A stretch of 64,000 bases of DNA from positions 62,001-126,000 of IMG/VR virus record IMGVR_UViG_3300036715_004471. One strand, written 5' to 3'. Under the pieces are notes generated by a model. It was not told the origin of the DNA and did no database searches. It saw nothing but the letters and a program-made list of their open reading frames with translations. Both the position numbers and the translations under genes were made by a program. How positions within the stretch are numbered: position 1 is the stretch's first letter; each line of letters starts with the position of its first letter. Positions 9,052-19,711 of the stretch are shown here, in pieces.

Positions 9052-9928
9052 AACGCCTTCCGAGAACGTGCGTGAAGCTGTTGGTAGTGGACCATCCACC
9101 GGGAACATGTCGCGGCAGAATGTCGAAGTGAACCGCAGGAGAACCAACCAGGTACTTGTGAAGGTTGGTTTTATGCAACCGCTCAATCGCCTCAGCGCCA
9201 GGCATATCTTTGATGAGCCATCGTGAAGACGCGTATTGGCACAGAGCCTCTAAGTATAGTTCAATCTGCGTATAAGATGCCCCAATCATCTCCTCATCGC
9301 AGCGAGAATCCCATACGTCGCCGCGAGGCTTCTCATTGATGATCTCATCGATCACGCCAAGGTACTCTGCCATGGCGTAGACTTGGGACTTCCAGAGATC
9401 CGAGATGGGCTGAACGTCATTCATGCCATCCGAACCCTTACCATAGAAGCCGATGTACGAGCCTTCCGATCGGTTGGTCGTACCAGCAACCAGGGTACGA
9501 ATACCCTCCGCTTGAAGATGCGCCGCCACACCGTAGAAGAGTGGAGTACGAGCAATGGAAAGGATCTGACCATCTGCCCAGACTCTCTTCTCGCCTTCTG
9601 CGTTGGAAGTAGAACATCGCATGATGCCTTCATAGCAGAACTGCGCAGGAGTCAGGTCCAGATTCCAAACCTCCATCTGAAAAGCCTTCGCCTGACGAGC
9701 AGCCCGTCGGGCAGCAACATCTTGGTTGGTTGCTCCCTTGGAAGAGATGGGTGCTGCCACAGCGACGATGCGTTTGAGAGAAGGACAATGACGAAGGATT
9801 CCAGCAACCACGGCGGAGTCAACACCGCCCGACATGCCGAACGATACGCCTTCGATTCCGAACTGACTGAAGTAATCCTCCATCAGCTCGACCTTCGCCT
9901 TGAGAAAAAGATTCGGATTGAAAATCAT
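9044..9928 (-). CDS. nadE: NH3-dependent NAD+ synthetase
   Basis: GMSGGVDSAV PP-loop, GTTNRSE, GFYGKGSDG, PISDLWKSQVY. Confidence 0.9.
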   Translation of the reverse strand: MIFNPNLFLKAKVELMEDYFSQFGIEGVSFGMSGGVDSAVVAGILRHCPSLKRIVAVAAPISSKGATNQDVAARRAARQAKAFQMEVWNLDLTPAQFCYEGIMRCSTSNAEGEKRVWADGQILSIARTPLFYGVAAHLQAEGIRTLVAGTTNRSEGSYIGFYGKGSDGMNDVQPISDLWKSQVYAMAEYLGVIDEIINEKPRGDVWDSRCDEEMIGASYTQIELYLEALCQYASSRWLIKDMPGAEAIERLHKTNLHKYLVGSPAVHFDILPRHVPGGWSTTNSFTHVLGRRYV

Positions 9929-9944
9929 CTTGGTTGTGTGGTCC

Positions 9945-10283
9945 TTACTTGTTTCGTTTCAGGTTACGATAAAGATCCAGCAAAGCTTCGATGTGCATCT
10001 CAATAATAACGCCATTGATCTTTTCAATCATAGCGCTACGTTTGAGTTCCAGCTTTGCGATCCGCTTGTCTTCCTTCTTTTGCTCTTTCGCCTCGGCGAT
10101 GGGCGCCAGATCGGCACAGTCAGAACAATAGGATTCCTTCTTTGACTCCCCGGTCAAACCACCAAACTTCTCCCCACACAGCGACTTAAAGTGATCGGGG
10201 TGCATGAACGACGCCGGAAACGCATGGTTCTCCCACACGATCTTTGAACGTCCAATCAATCTCCACGAAAAGAACTTCATCAT
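9945..10283 (-). CDS. Hypothetical protein
   Basis: Co-oriented, start overlaps the upstream stop. Confidence 0.55.
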   Translation of the reverse strand: MMKFFSWRLIGRSKIVWENHAFPASFMHPDHFKSLCGEKFGGLTGESKKESYCSDCADLAPIAEAKEQKKEDKRIAKLELKRSAMIEKINGVIIEMHIEALLDLYRNLKRNK

Positions 10284-11125
10284 GAGTCCAGTATCTTCAT
10301 CTCAACGAGAATATCGTACAGCTTTTGTACGTCGCAGATGTGCCGAGAGTTAGTTGTGCTGCCACCATAGTAATCACCCTCTTCTCTGGTGACAAGAGTA
10401 CAGCACTCTCTCTTCAACTTCTTGTAGGTTAGAAACCCGATGTTGGGGCAAGCTACCTCCAAAAGCCGATCGAACTCATCAAACTCAATGGGACTATCAG
10501 CACTGACAGTGCCGGATGAACCATCCCAACTACCCCACGTGCCGCCCAAACACCATGAGGAAGATTTAATTTCCAGAGAGTCGGTGACTTGTTCAATCTG
10601 CCACTCACTGTATTCCAACTTCTCAAGCAGGGCAGAGATCCATGCGATAGATGAAGACTTTCTAACTACCCTCATGGCTTGAACTCGTTTCTGGGAAAGC
10701 TCGGGGAACATTGAAAGATCTGGCTTCTCATACGGAAGGTTCTTGATCGATACCTCCGATGAGGTGGCGCGACGATTCTTGTCATTGTGAAGGCATGAGT
10801 CTCTATCTTCGCGCCAGTAAACCAGCTCAAACACCAACTGGTACCTGGAGAAGTCTGCCGTCAACGAGTCGATGATGTCTCTCAATTGCTGGTTGGTGGT
10901 TACCAAACCATCAATGATAATGTGGTCGCCACTGATTTTTCTGGCAACTTCCTTAGTGAGAGCAGCCATGACGGCGAACTTGTTGGGTCCAAATGACTTG
11001 ATGATTGAATCGAAGTCCACCTTCGGAATACGGGCAAGCTGATTGGCAAAGAGAGTTTTCCCGCTTGCAGGAAGACCATAGAGAATGGTTACCTTGAGCT
11101 GACTCTTTCCCTTTGCTTTAGCCAT
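10280..11125 (-). CDS. P-loop kinase (AAA_33/polynucleotide kinase-like) with extra C-terminal domain
   Basis: ILYGLPASGKT Walker A, IIIDG, C..RN..R lid-like segment. Confidence 0.7.
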   Translation of the reverse strand: MAKAKGKSQLKVTILYGLPASGKTLFANQLARIPKVDFDSIIKSFGPNKFAVMAALTKEVARKISGDHIIIDGLVTTNQQLRDIIDSLTADFSRYQLVFELVYWREDRDSCLHNDKNRRATSSEVSIKNLPYEKPDLSMFPELSQKRVQAMRVVRKSSSIAWISALLEKLEYSEWQIEQVTDSLEIKSSSWCLGGTWGSWDGSSGTVSADSPIEFDEFDRLLEVACPNIGFLTYKKLKRECCTLVTREEGDYYGGSTTNSRHICDVQKLYDILVEMKILDS

Positions 11126-11129
11126 TACT

Positions 11130-12392
11130 TTACTCCAACCAGAAAGTTTTGAAGATACGATCAGAGAACTCTACCGCCTGTTCAGGCAATACCGATGCTC
11201 TGACATGAGGACAAACAAAAGGATAGATATATGGAACACGCTCACCGTGAACCACCAATCCACCATCTGATACCGGGAGGAAGTCCCGACTGTCCATGAT
11301 CTCACACGTTCCATCATCCGAGAATGATAGCGCATGATAGGAAATAACGCTGCACCCTCGACCCCTCAAGAGATCGGTTGCCTTGCGCATGGTGTTACCA
11401 CTCACCACATCATCATCGAACAAAGAGATTTCCTTCCCGGCAAAAACCGAGAGCTGCTCTTCTAACGAAGGTGAATTGGGGCGATTGGTATATCCCAGCT
11501 TGTGGTATCCACCTTCGGCATAGTTCCGGGATAGACCCAGGTTGCCAAAGGGGGACGGAATCATCTGGTCCAAGCTAACCAGATTATGAATCTCTCCCGG
11601 AATCTTCTGGTCACGAACACGAACCAGATTGATATCCAGGTAGTAATCTTGGAGAATGGAAAGCAGTTTCTCCAAGTGGGGCTCGGAAGCCTCATCAACT
11701 CGAAGTATCAGCTTCTTTTTTCTCGAAGACCCGAACGTCATTTCATTTCGTACAGCCGTGCTGCTGCCAGCAAGAGGCTCGTTGTCAGCGAAGTAAACGT
11801 GTTGAGTTTCTTCTGTGATGTACGAACGAGACCTGTACTTAGCGTTGGGTAGAACATCGGAGGTTCTACGAACCACGCACAGCAATCCCTGGTTCTTGAA
11901 CGCCAGTGAGAAGCGTGCGTTATCCGAGCCCACCACATAGCAGACTCGACAACCCAAAAGCTTTTCCAGATGATCGATGACAGCCGTGAAGTTGACAGCG
12001 CAGTTACAACCGATAGCTTCCCACGGATCAACCATCAACCATGGATGATCTTTCAACTTCTTATTAGCGTAGACAAGACGCTCGGGGGAGGAAATCTGTA
12101 CCCCTTTATGAGACACAACATACTCATCATGTCCGGGAGAAACGTATCCTCCCCTCACACGGAACCCTCTGGATTCCATATGAGTCTTAGCGGCTTCCAT
12201 CATGGCGATATGACCATCGTGGATGGGTGCATAACCGCCAGTAGAAACAAGAATGATGTCTCTGTCATCCTGAGGATCTGAGAGTTTATAGGTAGGAGTC
12301 ATCGACCACAGCGTCCCGAACTTGTCGGGATTGCTATTGGCTTCTTGAAACCAACCCGCCTCTTCTAGATCCTCAAGATCACAAAACCACAT
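11130..12392 (-). CDS. NMN/NaMN adenylyltransferase-like domain fused to a phosphoribosyltransferase domain
   Basis: TGGYAPIHDGH (HxGH), GGYVSPGHDEYV, YVVGSD, SSTAVR; C-terminal LFDDDVVSGNTM PRPP-binding loop. Confidence 0.8.
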   Translation of the reverse strand: MWFCDLEDLEEAGWFQEANSNPDKFGTLWSMTPTYKLSDPQDDRDIILVSTGGYAPIHDGHIAMMEAAKTHMESRGFRVRGGYVSPGHDEYVVSHKGVQISSPERLVYANKKLKDHPWLMVDPWEAIGCNCAVNFTAVIDHLEKLLGCRVCYVVGSDNARFSLAFKNQGLLCVVRRTSDVLPNAKYRSRSYITEETQHVYFADNEPLAGSSTAVRNEMTFGSSRKKKLILRVDEASEPHLEKLLSILQDYYLDINLVRVRDQKIPGEIHNLVSLDQMIPSPFGNLGLSRNYAEGGYHKLGYTNRPNSPSLEEQLSVFAGKEISLFDDDVVSGNTMRKATDLLRGRGCSVISYHALSFSDDGTCEIMDSRDFLPVSDGGLVVHGERVPYIYPFVCPHVRASVLPEQAVEFSDRIFKTFWLE

Positions 12393-12406
12393 ACCTGTCC
12401 TATTTT

Positions 12407-13276
12407 CTAGGCATCTCTCCGAGGAGACAAGCCGTAGAGGTGAAGGGGAACCTCGAACTCATTGCGAACAAGCCGCTCGCGGATGTCGATACGCTTATCG
12501 TACTGCTGCCCCTGAAACATCGGATTGACCGTGTTCTTCGGGTGCTGAAGCTCTGTGAAAGAGTACGTGATCCTTGCAAACACCCGATTCACGGGGGCGG
12601 CAATCTTGGGAGTACGATGCACCATGTACGGATCAATCAGGTACAAATGACCTGGAAGAGAACCGTACACGTTGCTCTCACGCGCTTGCTTATCAAGCTC
12701 CTTGAAGAAGTTGTGCTTCGCCTCATCCAGATGGGTCAGGAAGAAAGGCTGGAGACAGAACTCGGTCGGAGGATCCGTTACCAAGATGTACGAGTGCTCG
12801 ATCAACACCTTGGGAGTAATCTTCGTGCCCTGAACGCCATCACCATGAAAACCAGGGTAGCGATGAAACTTTCCTGCCGGGACCGCGCTTCGGTCGAAGG
12901 TGATATGACAGAAACAATCGTCATGTTTGGGATTGATGAAAGCTTCGTACTCCGCAGCACGAGTAATGAGAGGCATCAGCCCACTCACTCCATCGGGAAC
13001 TCTGTACTCCGTGCCGGGGAACTTCAACGGCATACAGAGAACATTGGTATCACAACCAAACTCATCATCCTCCACCAATCCCATGTCGATGGGCGGACGG
13101 GGATAGATATACTGCTCCAGATCAAACGGCTGGAACAGCGAATGATACGCGATGTTTCCAGGATTGATCTTGGGAGTCCAGAGACCCTTTGGCGTGTAGT
13201 GCGTTCCATTACCAGAAAGGTCGGGGTGAGTGTACCGAATCTGGCTTACCGTAGCGTGATCAGCGTAACCACTCAT
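12407..13276 (-). CDS. Probable 2OG-Fe(II) dioxygenase-like protein
   Basis: HRYPGFHGDG (HxD), distal HRTP and R.F.RI. Confidence 0.55.
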   Translation of the reverse strand: MSGYADHATVSQIRYTHPDLSGNGTHYTPKGLWTPKINPGNIAYHSLFQPFDLEQYIYPRPPIDMGLVEDDEFGCDTNVLCMPLKFPGTEYRVPDGVSGLMPLITRAAEYEAFINPKHDDCFCHITFDRSAVPAGKFHRYPGFHGDGVQGTKITPKVLIEHSYILVTDPPTEFCLQPFFLTHLDEAKHNFFKELDKQARESNVYGSLPGHLYLIDPYMVHRTPKIAAPVNRVFARITYSFTELQHPKNTVNPMFQGQQYDKRIDIRERLVRNEFEVPLHLYGLSPRRDA

Positions 13277-13432
13277 GCTCTTTTAGAATCCTTTTGCAGC
13301 CCACGAAGACAGGAAGGGCAGGTTACCTCTGCCGGTTTATCGGAACGGTTCCGAGCTTGAGGAGTAGTGAGTACACTGTAGTGGACCCATACCTCTTCTT
13401 CAAGCTTTTGATGTTCTCGGATCCCTGGCAAA

Positions 13433-13933
13433 TCACCCGGCACGATGGGCATCGACTTGCTCCTTTAATTCAGAGAGCTTCTTCTTGACAGCTTCCAACA
13501 CATGACCCGTCTCATAGTTGGATGCTCTGGGAGCACCAACCAGATCCGCAAGCTGGGCGAGCTGATCAAACAATCGAAAGTAACGATCTCTCCAAAAGGT
13601 AGCGTTACTGGAAAGCTTCATAAGCTCAAGCTCTTGAAGCAAACGAAGAATCTCTCCACCACCTTCTGCGCCATACTTCTCCAGAAGAGCCTCATCCGAA
13701 TCACGATCACCAACAGGGGACATCGAAACGGCACACAACGCTGTAGTGATACCATCAGCATCCAGACAGGTTTTATCCTGCATGAACGGAATACCACGGC
13801 GAACGTAGTTGGCGAACTCATGAAGACGAGAAGCGAGCAAGAGCTTCGATCCTCTGACAACCAGAACGAACTGAACCTGTTCAGTGGGATCAACTCCACA
13901 CCTATAAAATTCTTTTCGATTATCAGAGGACAT
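13433..13933 (-). CDS. Hypothetical protein
   Basis: Co-oriented ORF. Confidence 0.55.
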   Translation of the reverse strand: MSSDNRKEFYRCGVDPTEQVQFVLVVRGSKLLLASRLHEFANYVRRGIPFMQDKTCLDADGITTALCAVSMSPVGDRDSDEALLEKYGAEGGGEILRLLQELELMKLSSNATFWRDRYFRLFDQLAQLADLVGAPRASNYETGHVLEAVKKKLSELKEQVDAHRAG

Positions 13934-13938
13934 GGTTG

Positions 13939-14193
13939 TTAGAATCCTTTCGCCAACTCTTCCTTGGCAAGTGCGTTTTTATAGGCGGTGATCACGCGCA
14001 AGCGGAGCCGAAGCTCGGCAAGATCCTTATCGTGACCAAGGAAACCTTTCTCGATGCACTGGCGATTCCAGAGCAACCAATACCGGACCTGGTGTTCCAG
14101 GCGTAGAAGGTAATCCGGATCCACATTGGCATATCTTGCGGAACTCACTGCGCTCCGCAAAATGAGCTTGAAGTCATCGGAAGATAATTTCAT
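13939..14193 (-). CDS. Hypothetical protein
   Basis: TGATG-coupled to the upstream gene. Confidence 0.55.
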   Translation of the reverse strand: MKLSSDDFKLILRSAVSSARYANVDPDYLLRLEHQVRYWLLWNRQCIEKGFLGHDKDLAELRLRLRVITAYKNALAKEELAKGF

Positions 14194-14444
14194 CAGAATC
14201 TTTTCCAGTAGCGCCGAGCATGTTCAGAAGCCGCCACGACATCTGGATTCGTGGGAATCGAACCCTTGTCATAACCGCCAGCGATGTCTCGCAGGAGTTT
14301 TTTGTGGTAGCGAGCCTTCTGCTCAGGGCTGTTCTGATGAGCTTCACGCAGTAGCTTAAAGAGAGAATGAAGCAGCGAACTCAGAATTAAAAACTGTCTC
14401 GCTGCTTCTCTCGCTTCGCTCACTTTATCGGCATCAAGATTCAT
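14193..14444 (-). CDS. Hypothetical protein
   Basis: Co-oriented, translationally coupled. Confidence 0.55.
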   Translation of the reverse strand: MNLDADKVSEAREAARQFLILSSLLHSLFKLLREAHQNSPEQKARYHKKLLRDIAGGYDKGSIPTNPDVVAASEHARRYWKRF

Positions 14445-14710
14445 GATTACCTGCGCAAAAGTCTGCTAAGCAACCAGAATGGAAAGACCAGCGTAGCCAA
14501 AGACCGACATTCAGAACTGATTGGAAGAACTTGAACAAGCAGTACGCTGCGATCCAGCACACCACCACCATGCCCACGATAGTGAAGAAAAACATCAGTG
14601 ACCCCTTTGGATGCTGATCCAAAACAGCAGCGCCAGAAAAGTGATTGCCATCTTCGGAATGCCCAGAATTGTCTTAATCGTTTTCATCGCATTATTCTTT
14701 TGGAAGAACT

Positions 14711-15844
14711 TTACTTCTGGAGATTATATCCCTCTCCAACAAGCTTAAGTTGCATCCTGGAGTTCAATCTCTCGCAGAACCTTTCCTTTGCCGTGACTGC
14801 AACGAAACCCTCGCGAACATGGCGACCACCCAAGGTAGTCTTACCTTCCGCATAAGGATACATTTTTTCCTTACCAAGCCACGGTCCTCGATACAACTCG
14901 GGCACAGGAGTAAAACCCAACTCACGAATAATCGTCACACGATCATCGTAGTCCAGGTATTTCATCTGTTTCGTATCCCAGATGTCGAAGAAATAAACAC
15001 GAGGTTGCAATCTTCCGTCAACGATTTCTGCATCGTAACGGAAGCCCTTCACTTGACCCGCGACCTCACCGAAGAACACTAGCCCAGGATGCTGAGCCAG
15101 CTTCTCCTCCAACTTGTAGAGGCGAGCGACTTCCCACCACTGGTCAGTAGACTGAACCACCTGCGTTCCAGTGATCTCCCCAGTCTCCGGGTTTCGGATG
15201 GGGACATCGAACTCCCCGCGCTTGTAGTAGTTGCGAGACTTGCACCAGAGCTTATCGCCATCGTGGGAGAAGCCGGCATTGGCTCCGTGAATCTTCTCAG
15301 TGAGAACGATCTCCTCACCCTCCTCCAGAGAAACCACGAACTTGCGAATGCTTTCGATGTCGTAGTACGGAATCGCCCAACCATCAGGCTTCTTCTCGTT
15401 CTGAGCAAAAGCCTTCTTCTTGTTACCCTTGGCAGAAGGATCAGAGGCTTCCTCCTCTTCTTCGATCCATTTAGTCAAACCAAAATGTTCAACTACCGAA
15501 TCTCCAACACTCAACCCGATGGGTGCCGGAATCAGAATTCCTTGTGAATAAATCCCGCGAAGTCGGCGCGCTTTGATTCGTCTATACTTTTCTGGAACAT
15601 TGCCAACTTCATATCTGAAAAGTAGAGATCCATCCATCCTTGGGCACAAGAAGTGAAAAGTCTCATTATCCGGAACGACGGAATCGATACTGATATAACT
15701 GGCGAGATCGCCAACCTTCCACTCGCCAAGTCTGGCAATGATCGGATAATCTCCAATAGAAGTAACCACTACATCGAGTGAATCCGCTCCAGGATGTTTT
15801 GAAATAGACTCAATGCGAACTACTTGGCAATTCCAATCAGACAT
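14711..15844 (-). CDS. RNA ligase, DRB0094/Rnl2-like family
   Basis: N-terminal HPGADSL module; TEKIHGAN (motif I), FFGEVAG, FFDI, REGFV, LKLV; start set at MSDWN. Confidence 0.85.
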   Translation of the reverse strand: MSDWNCQVVRIESISKHPGADSLDVVVTSIGDYPIIARLGEWKVGDLASYISIDSVVPDNETFHFLCPRMDGSLLFRYEVGNVPEKYRRIKARRLRGIYSQGILIPAPIGLSVGDSVVEHFGLTKWIEEEEEASDPSAKGNKKKAFAQNEKKPDGWAIPYYDIESIRKFVVSLEEGEEIVLTEKIHGANAGFSHDGDKLWCKSRNYYKRGEFDVPIRNPETGEITGTQVVQSTDQWWEVARLYKLEEKLAQHPGLVFFGEVAGQVKGFRYDAEIVDGRLQPRVYFFDIWDTKQMKYLDYDDRVTIIRELGFTPVPELYRGPWLGKEKMYPYAEGKTTLGGRHVREGFVAVTAKERFCERLNSRMQLKLVGEGYNLQK

Positions 15845-15911
15845 TATTTTTATTTCCTTGATATTGTCGATTCTTCCTCCACGTTCATCCCACACTGATA
15901 TATGTCTCTTT

Positions 15912-16616
15912 ATGACAAAGAGAAAAATCAGATACAAACATGAGGCTTTTGATACGACAAGTAAAACTTTTTATTATCTCTTGGGCGCATTTATGACAGA
16001 TGGAAACGTTTCCATTGTCAATAAAGGCTCTCCTTCGATGAGGGCGACCTTATCGAGTAGAGATAAAGATTGGTTATCTATTATTTCCATGACTACGAGT
16101 CATGATGATTTGATAAAAACCAATGCTAAAGGAGAATCAACCATCAAAATTTCCAATACAAAGATAGCGCGACTATTACAATCCTATGGATGTGTGCCAC
16201 ACAAATCTTTAACAATGGAAATGCCGGACATACCAGCGGAGCATCTTCCAGATTTTCTGCGAGGATGTATTGATGGTGATGGTAGTATTTTTCATGGGAA
16301 AGTAAAACAGAGAAAGGGAGACAAAGAATATCTCTATACCAAGTCCTCTGTTTATCTTTGCTCGGCAAGTTTGCTCTTCCTGCAAAAACTTAGCGAGTTA
16401 CTAAGAAATTTAGGATACAAGCATTATTGGATAACTCTACTGCCCAAAGAAAGAAAAATACACGACAAAATTATTCAACCGAAGAACACAGTTTATAGAC
16501 TGTTATTCAATGGTCCAGATTGCGTGAAATTTTTATCTTGGATCTATTACCCGGGTCACAATATCTCTATGCCCAGAAAACACGACCGGGCGCGGGTGAT
16601 AATAAATCAGGTATGA
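15912..16616 (+). CDS. Free-standing LAGLIDADG homing endonuclease
   Basis: Two motifs YLLGAFMTDG and FLRGCIDGDG; AT-rich, opposite strand. Confidence 0.85.
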   Translation: MTKRKIRYKHEAFDTTSKTFYYLLGAFMTDGNVSIVNKGSPSMRATLSSRDKDWLSIISMTTSHDDLIKTNAKGESTIKISNTKIARLLQSYGCVPHKSLTMEMPDIPAEHLPDFLRGCIDGDGSIFHGKVKQRKGDKEYLYTKSSVYLCSASLLFLQKLSELLRNLGYKHYWITLLPKERKIHDKIIQPKNTVYRLLFNGPDCVKFLSWIYYPGHNISMPRKHDRARVIINQV

Positions 16617-17739
16617 AAATCTCCTCGGCACCCATTACAGAGCCAAGTGAATCCCCAGAAACCAATCTCAAAAAGCAAACAGCCCTTTTCACGGGGTGAA
16701 TGGATGGCGAAGACCCATTCACTGGGACGACGCCATGATCCATCACGCCACATAAATTCACCAGGCATTTGAATTTCTTTCTAGAGAGTGGTACTATGGT
16801 TGAGCTGGTGGGAAACGATCTTGACGGCGTGCCCGTAATAGCCCGTGCCACGATTGTTGTAGAGCACGAACTGCAACTTACCGTTGGAAGTCTCGACATC
16901 GACGAAACAGAACTCGACATCGGGATATCCCTCGATATACCGCATATGCTCTGATTACACACCGGCTTGCTGTAATGCTTTTCAGACTTCTTCGGATCAT
17001 CTTCGTACTGAGCAGAGAAGGTCGCAGTAGCAGGGCTGTAGTGTGGTCCATCACTCTGTGCCGAAGTGACGGAGAACGTCACGTCTCCAACGACATGCTT
17101 TCCTTGAGCCTGAAGATGTTGCTTCAACACCTCGGCAACTTCTTGCGCAGTGTACGTGATGATCTGTCTGGGCATTTTTATTTCCCCGGTTATGCCGCAT
17201 CAGGAGTGGGCGGAGGACTCATAGCTGCGAGCTTACGAATCCACTCCTGGTTCTTCCTATTCCACTCTTCGGGATTCTCTCCCTTCTTGGGAGCCGGTAG
17301 AACCACCAATGCAGTATCACCCCAAATGGATGGGACCGTCACAATTAGCTCTATCACTTCTTCTCCGAATCGGGGTGACTCGGGCGCTTAGATTCACGCC
17401 ACGCTCTTATCTCATCAAGACCAAGGTTGATCAGTTCGACGAAAATGGTTGAAAGAACTGTGATGGCAAGGGCGGTGTGAACCGCATCCTTATCGACTTT
17501 GTTGGGGCTGTGTGTCATACGTCAAGACTCCTGCGAAGTAAGCGGACATTCTTTGCAGTGCCTCATGATCTTTCCAGGACCATGCTGGCGTTCGGGACCA
17601 CGGTGTCCGGAATGACCGCACGAATAAGTCTCGCTCGTTTCTTTCATCTCAACGACTTGAACGAGCTTTCCAAGCTTTGCTTCGCGTCGGAGACGGCGAC
17701 CAGATCGTGCGCCTTTGCCAGCCATTATCTTTAGTCCTC

Positions 17740-18183
17740 TCAGGGTCCAGCAGCCAGAGCCATGCCGGTACGATACCAGCAAAAACAGTCATCGCGACTC
17801 CATCCAACCCTGGCATACTTCTCGCCCTTGTATCTCACCACCGGTGGATAGAGCTTGAAGTGCTCATAGTCAGCGCAGTGCATGACTATGGTTTTGACAT
17901 CACCAGTATTGGTAGTACGCAAGATGCCATAAGAATCCGGATCGGGTTCCACGACATTTGGACTAATCGCAAGTAGCCACGCACACGTCTCCATCCAGTG
18001 ACGCATGAGATCATTCAGCTTCGTCGCACGCTCACCGGGTGATGGATTACGGCAATCGAAAGCGTACTGCTCATGTACTTTTTTGCTAACTAACTCGATG
18101 GGTATGATCGAGTAAGTTCCGGGAATGACCATCAACAAGCGCTCAGCTTGTCGCTTCAACGCATGGATTATATCATCCCTCAT
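17740..18183 (-). CDS. Hypothetical protein
   Basis: GGAG RBS, co-oriented. Confidence 0.6.
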   Translation of the reverse strand: MRDDIIHALKRQAERLLMVIPGTYSIIPIELVSKKVHEQYAFDCRNPSPGERATKLNDLMRHWMETCAWLLAISPNVVEPDPDSYGILRTTNTGDVKTIVMHCADYEHFKLYPPVVRYKGEKYARVGWSRDDCFCWYRTGMALAAGP

Positions 18184-18266
18184 AAGTTATCTCCAGTTAG
18201 ATGTCATGACTCCGGAACGCATGATGACCTCCCGGAGTCAAGTCTTGTTCTAGGATCTAGTTCTGA

Positions 18267-19109
18267 TCAGCTCCAGCCGTCGAGAGTGCCGGTGGCGCTT
18301 GGCTTTGCCTCAGCAGAGGTCGCACGACGAATGGATGGATGTTGTTTCGCCAATGTATCGGCAACGTTGACAAACATATCGCCATTGCGAACATGGCTGC
18401 GCAAGTCCGTTCCGTGCACACGAGCGGGCAGCAGATCCCTCACTGACTCCGGGATCTCATCGGAATAATTCACTCGATGACCAATCCTATCACCAGCAGA
18501 GACGGAAAGAATGTGATCCGTGTCCACCATAGCTTCCGGATTTGGAGCCTTGCCATCATGAGCGTCCATAGTGGGAAGACGGAAAGTGCTGGCATCGCTG
18601 GGAACATACCAGAGCAATAGAGGATCCATCTCCACATCACCAGCCCAGCAGGCGATGACAATGGGATCCTGATAGAGGGCAGCACAACCCACGATGAACT
18701 CCTGAGTGAAGGAGGGACGGCGATCCTCACGAACCTGATCCAGAACTGCCGCAGCTTGCTCGAAGTTGTCGGCATACACATAGGTCGTATTGCCACGCTC
18801 AACCACAACGGGAGCGCTGAAACTGAAGGAGCGAGAGTCTCCGCCTTTCGACAGCGAACGAGACTGCCACTTACTGGCATTTGAGATATCCTTCAAGAAG
18901 TCCGGGAACCCCGAAGTGTCGATGAAGTTGTCTCCCGTCAGACGCTCGGGCGACGGGATGGGAATGAGCATCGCTCCCTTACCAGAAGGATCACGAGCCT
19001 CCGCCGTACACTGATACGCCAGAACGTGAACGTTGCGATCATCACGAATACCAGCTCCGACGTAGACGCGAGTGCCCGAAGCGGCGGACTCGTTGAGACA
19101 GATGCACAT
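18267..19109 (-). CDS. Hypothetical protein
   Basis: 280-aa ORF with good RBS (AAGGA) and strong codon bias; no family recognised. Confidence 0.7.
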   Translation of the reverse strand: MCICLNESAASGTRVYVGAGIRDDRNVHVLAYQCTAEARDPSGKGAMLIPIPSPERLTGDNFIDTSGFPDFLKDISNASKWQSRSLSKGGDSRSFSFSAPVVVERGNTTYVYADNFEQAAAVLDQVREDRRPSFTQEFIVGCAALYQDPIVIACWAGDVEMDPLLLWYVPSDASTFRLPTMDAHDGKAPNPEAMVDTDHILSVSAGDRIGHRVNYSDEIPESVRDLLPARVHGTDLRSHVRNGDMFVNVADTLAKQHPSIRRATSAEAKPSATGTLDGWS

Positions 19110-19207
19110 TGTATCTTATGTTCCTTGTTTTGACGATCGGCTTACTACAAAAGAGAATGGCGGAAGGATGGGACCTTCCGCCATTGCTCATTGCTTGATG
19201 CGGAGAA

Positions 19208-19711
19208 TCACGCCGGGACGGAGGCGCTCTTCTTGACGCGACGGAAGCCGCCGCCCTCACCCTTGTGGATGGTGAAGAGCGTATCGTCGGTCGCCTCATC
19301 GACCGGCGCCGAGCAGTCGTCCAGGTAGGCACTGATCATCTCGCCAGCCATCTTCATCTGGTTGATCTTGATCTTGCCGTCGTCGACCATGCGACCGGAC
19401 ACCATGCTGATGATGACGGGCTTGGTGATGCAGCCGCCCTTGACGGTGCCGTTGAAGCGATCGAAGCACGCGTTGACGTACTCCGCGCTCATGGCATCCC
19501 AGGCACCACGCGTCTCGGCGTAGGTCTTGAGATCCGTCTCGAACGCAGCCAGCGTCTCATCACGCTCCTCGTTGAGCTTCTTCGTCGCTCGCTCCAGACT
19601 CTTGGCATGGGATGCCTCCAGCTTCTCCGAATAGGCGAGGTAGGTCGCCATCTCGTCGATGGAACCGTCGGTGTTACGCTTGATGCTCTTGACGAGCGCC
19701 TTGTTACTCAT
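19208..19711 (-). CDS. Hypothetical protein, paralog of 49008..49571
   Basis: AGGAG RBS before MSNKA; shares RGAW, SMV..M and DT.F...KG.G with the 49 kb gene. Confidence 0.7.
   Translation of the reverse strand: MSNKALVKSIKRNTDGSIDEMATYLAYSEKLEASHAKSLERATKKLNEERDETLAAFETDLKTYAETRGAWDAMSAEYVNACFDRFNGTVKGGCITKPVIISMVSGRMVDDGKIKINQMKMAGEMISAYLDDCSAPVDEATDDTLFTIHKGEGGGFRRVKKSASVPA

Noticed and set aside
14245-14270. tRNA T-arm-like GGGTTCGATTCCC on -
   Set aside because: Lies inside a CDS with no acceptor or anticodon arm.
16567-17175. 202-aa ORF as a single gene
   Set aside because: Only the first ~75 aa look protein-like; the remainder overlaps a short ORF in another frame (MRYIEGYP...) and the LAGLIDADG gene end.
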